A DNA stretch of 64,000 nucleotides, taken from the NCBI GenBank assembly GCA_032718475.1, contig JAUCBJ010004934.1, positions 1 through 64,000 on the forward strand, in the 5' to 3' direction. The notes beneath the pieces are model-generated. The model was given only the letters and a program-made list of their open reading frames with translations. It was not told the DNA's origin and did no database searches. The DNA comes from Nemertoderma westbladi. Lineage: Eukaryota > Animalia > Xenacoelomorpha. This document shows, one piece after another, positions 62,901 through 64,000 of the stretch. A program made the translations under genes and the position numbers. The number at the start of each line of letters is the position of its first letter. The first letter of the stretch is position 1.

Positions 62901-64000
62901 GAACTTTCATTATATTTGCTACTAAAAATAAAGTAACTATATCAACACAGTTTGGTTACAGTCTAGAACTTTCATTATATTTGCTACTAAAAATTACCGA
63001 GAGCGAGAATAACATTATATTTGCTACTAAAAATAAAGTAACTATATCAACATAGTTTGGGTACAGTCTAGAACTTTCATTATATTTGCTACTAAAAATA
63101 AAGTAACTATATCAACACAGTTTGGTTACAGTCTAGAACTTTCATTATATTTGCTACTAAAAATTACCGAGAGCGAGAATAACATTATATTTGCTACTAA
63201 AAATAAAGTAACTATATCAACACAGTTTGGTTACAGTCTAGAACTTTCATTATATTTGCTACTAAAAATTACCGAGAGCGAGAATAACATTATATTAGCT
63301 ACTAAAAATAAAGTAACTATATCAACACAGTTTGGGTACAGTCTAGAACTTTCATTATATTTGCTACTAAAAATAAAGTAACTATATCAACATAGTTTGG
63401 GTACAGTCTAGAACTTTCATTATATTTGCTACTAAAAATTACCGAGAGCGAGAATAACATTATATTTGCTACTAAAAATAAAGTAACTATATCAACACAG
63501 TTTGGGTACAGTCTAGAACTTTCATTATATTTGCTACTAAAAATTACCGAGAGCGAGAATAACATTATATTTGCTACTAAAAATAAAGTAACTATATCAA
63601 CACAGTTTGGGTACAGTCTAGAACTTTCATTATATTTGCTACTAAAAATAAAGTAACTATATCAACACAGTTTGGGTACAGTCTAGAACTTTCATTATAT
63701 TTGCTACTAAAAATAAAGTAACTATATCAACACAGTTTGGGTACAGTCTAGAACTTTCATTATATTTGCTACTAAAAATAAAGTAACTATATCAACACAG
63801 TTTGGGTACAGTCTAGAACTTTCATTATATTTGCTACTAAAAATAAAGTAACTATATCAACATAGTTTGGGTACAGTCTAGAACTTTCATTATATTTGCT
63901 ACTAAAAATTACCGAGAGCGAGAATAACATTATATTTGCTACTAAAAATAAAGTAACTATATCAACACAGTTTGGGTACAGTCTAGAACTTTCATTATAT
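47947..64000. repeat. AT-rich 65-bp satellite, at least 16 kb, with interspersed 40-bp and 20-bp variant modules; runs off the window end
   Basis: Unit CATTATATTTGCTACTAAAAATAAAGTAACTATATCAACA(C/T)AGTTTGGGTACAGTCTAGAACTTT; modules CATTATATTTGCTACTAAAAATTAC(T/C)GAGAGCGAGAATAA and CATTGCGAGAGCGAGAATAA. Confidence 0.98.

Noticed and set aside
56711-63656. Repeated 76-152 aa ORFs in the satellite
   Set aside because: They arise wherever 65+40 = 105-bp modules are adjacent; there is no coding signature.
47947-64000. CRISPR-like array interpretation (also considered for 4117-7170)
   Set aside because: No unique spacers, no cas genes, and a eukaryotic intron-exon context.

Overview
Animal (probably invertebrate) genomic DNA with spliceosomal GT-AG introns. 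The minus strand carries a nesprin-1/SYNE1-like spectrin-repeat gene. I assembled 20 phase-consistent coding exons by hand, from 45100 to the window start, giving about 6,780 aa; the gene continues off the left edge. Its first visible coding exon is 17,256 bp and contains about 65 copies of an unfamiliar acidic 52-aa (156-bp) repeat. Nested on the + strand in its introns are a two-exon DZIP1-family ciliary gene with an upstream RFX X-box, and a tRNA-Phe(GAA) gene. Introns are rich in minisatellites, and three of them have units containing a 5' splice site; two of these are tandem copies of the adjacent exon/intron junction. Also present are tRNA-derived SINE-like fragments, MITE/foldback-like inverted repeats and a 1.19-kb tandem duplication. 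The last 16 kb is a 65-bp satellite with regionally clustered variants. Homology calls rest on recalled family features and were not checked by database search.
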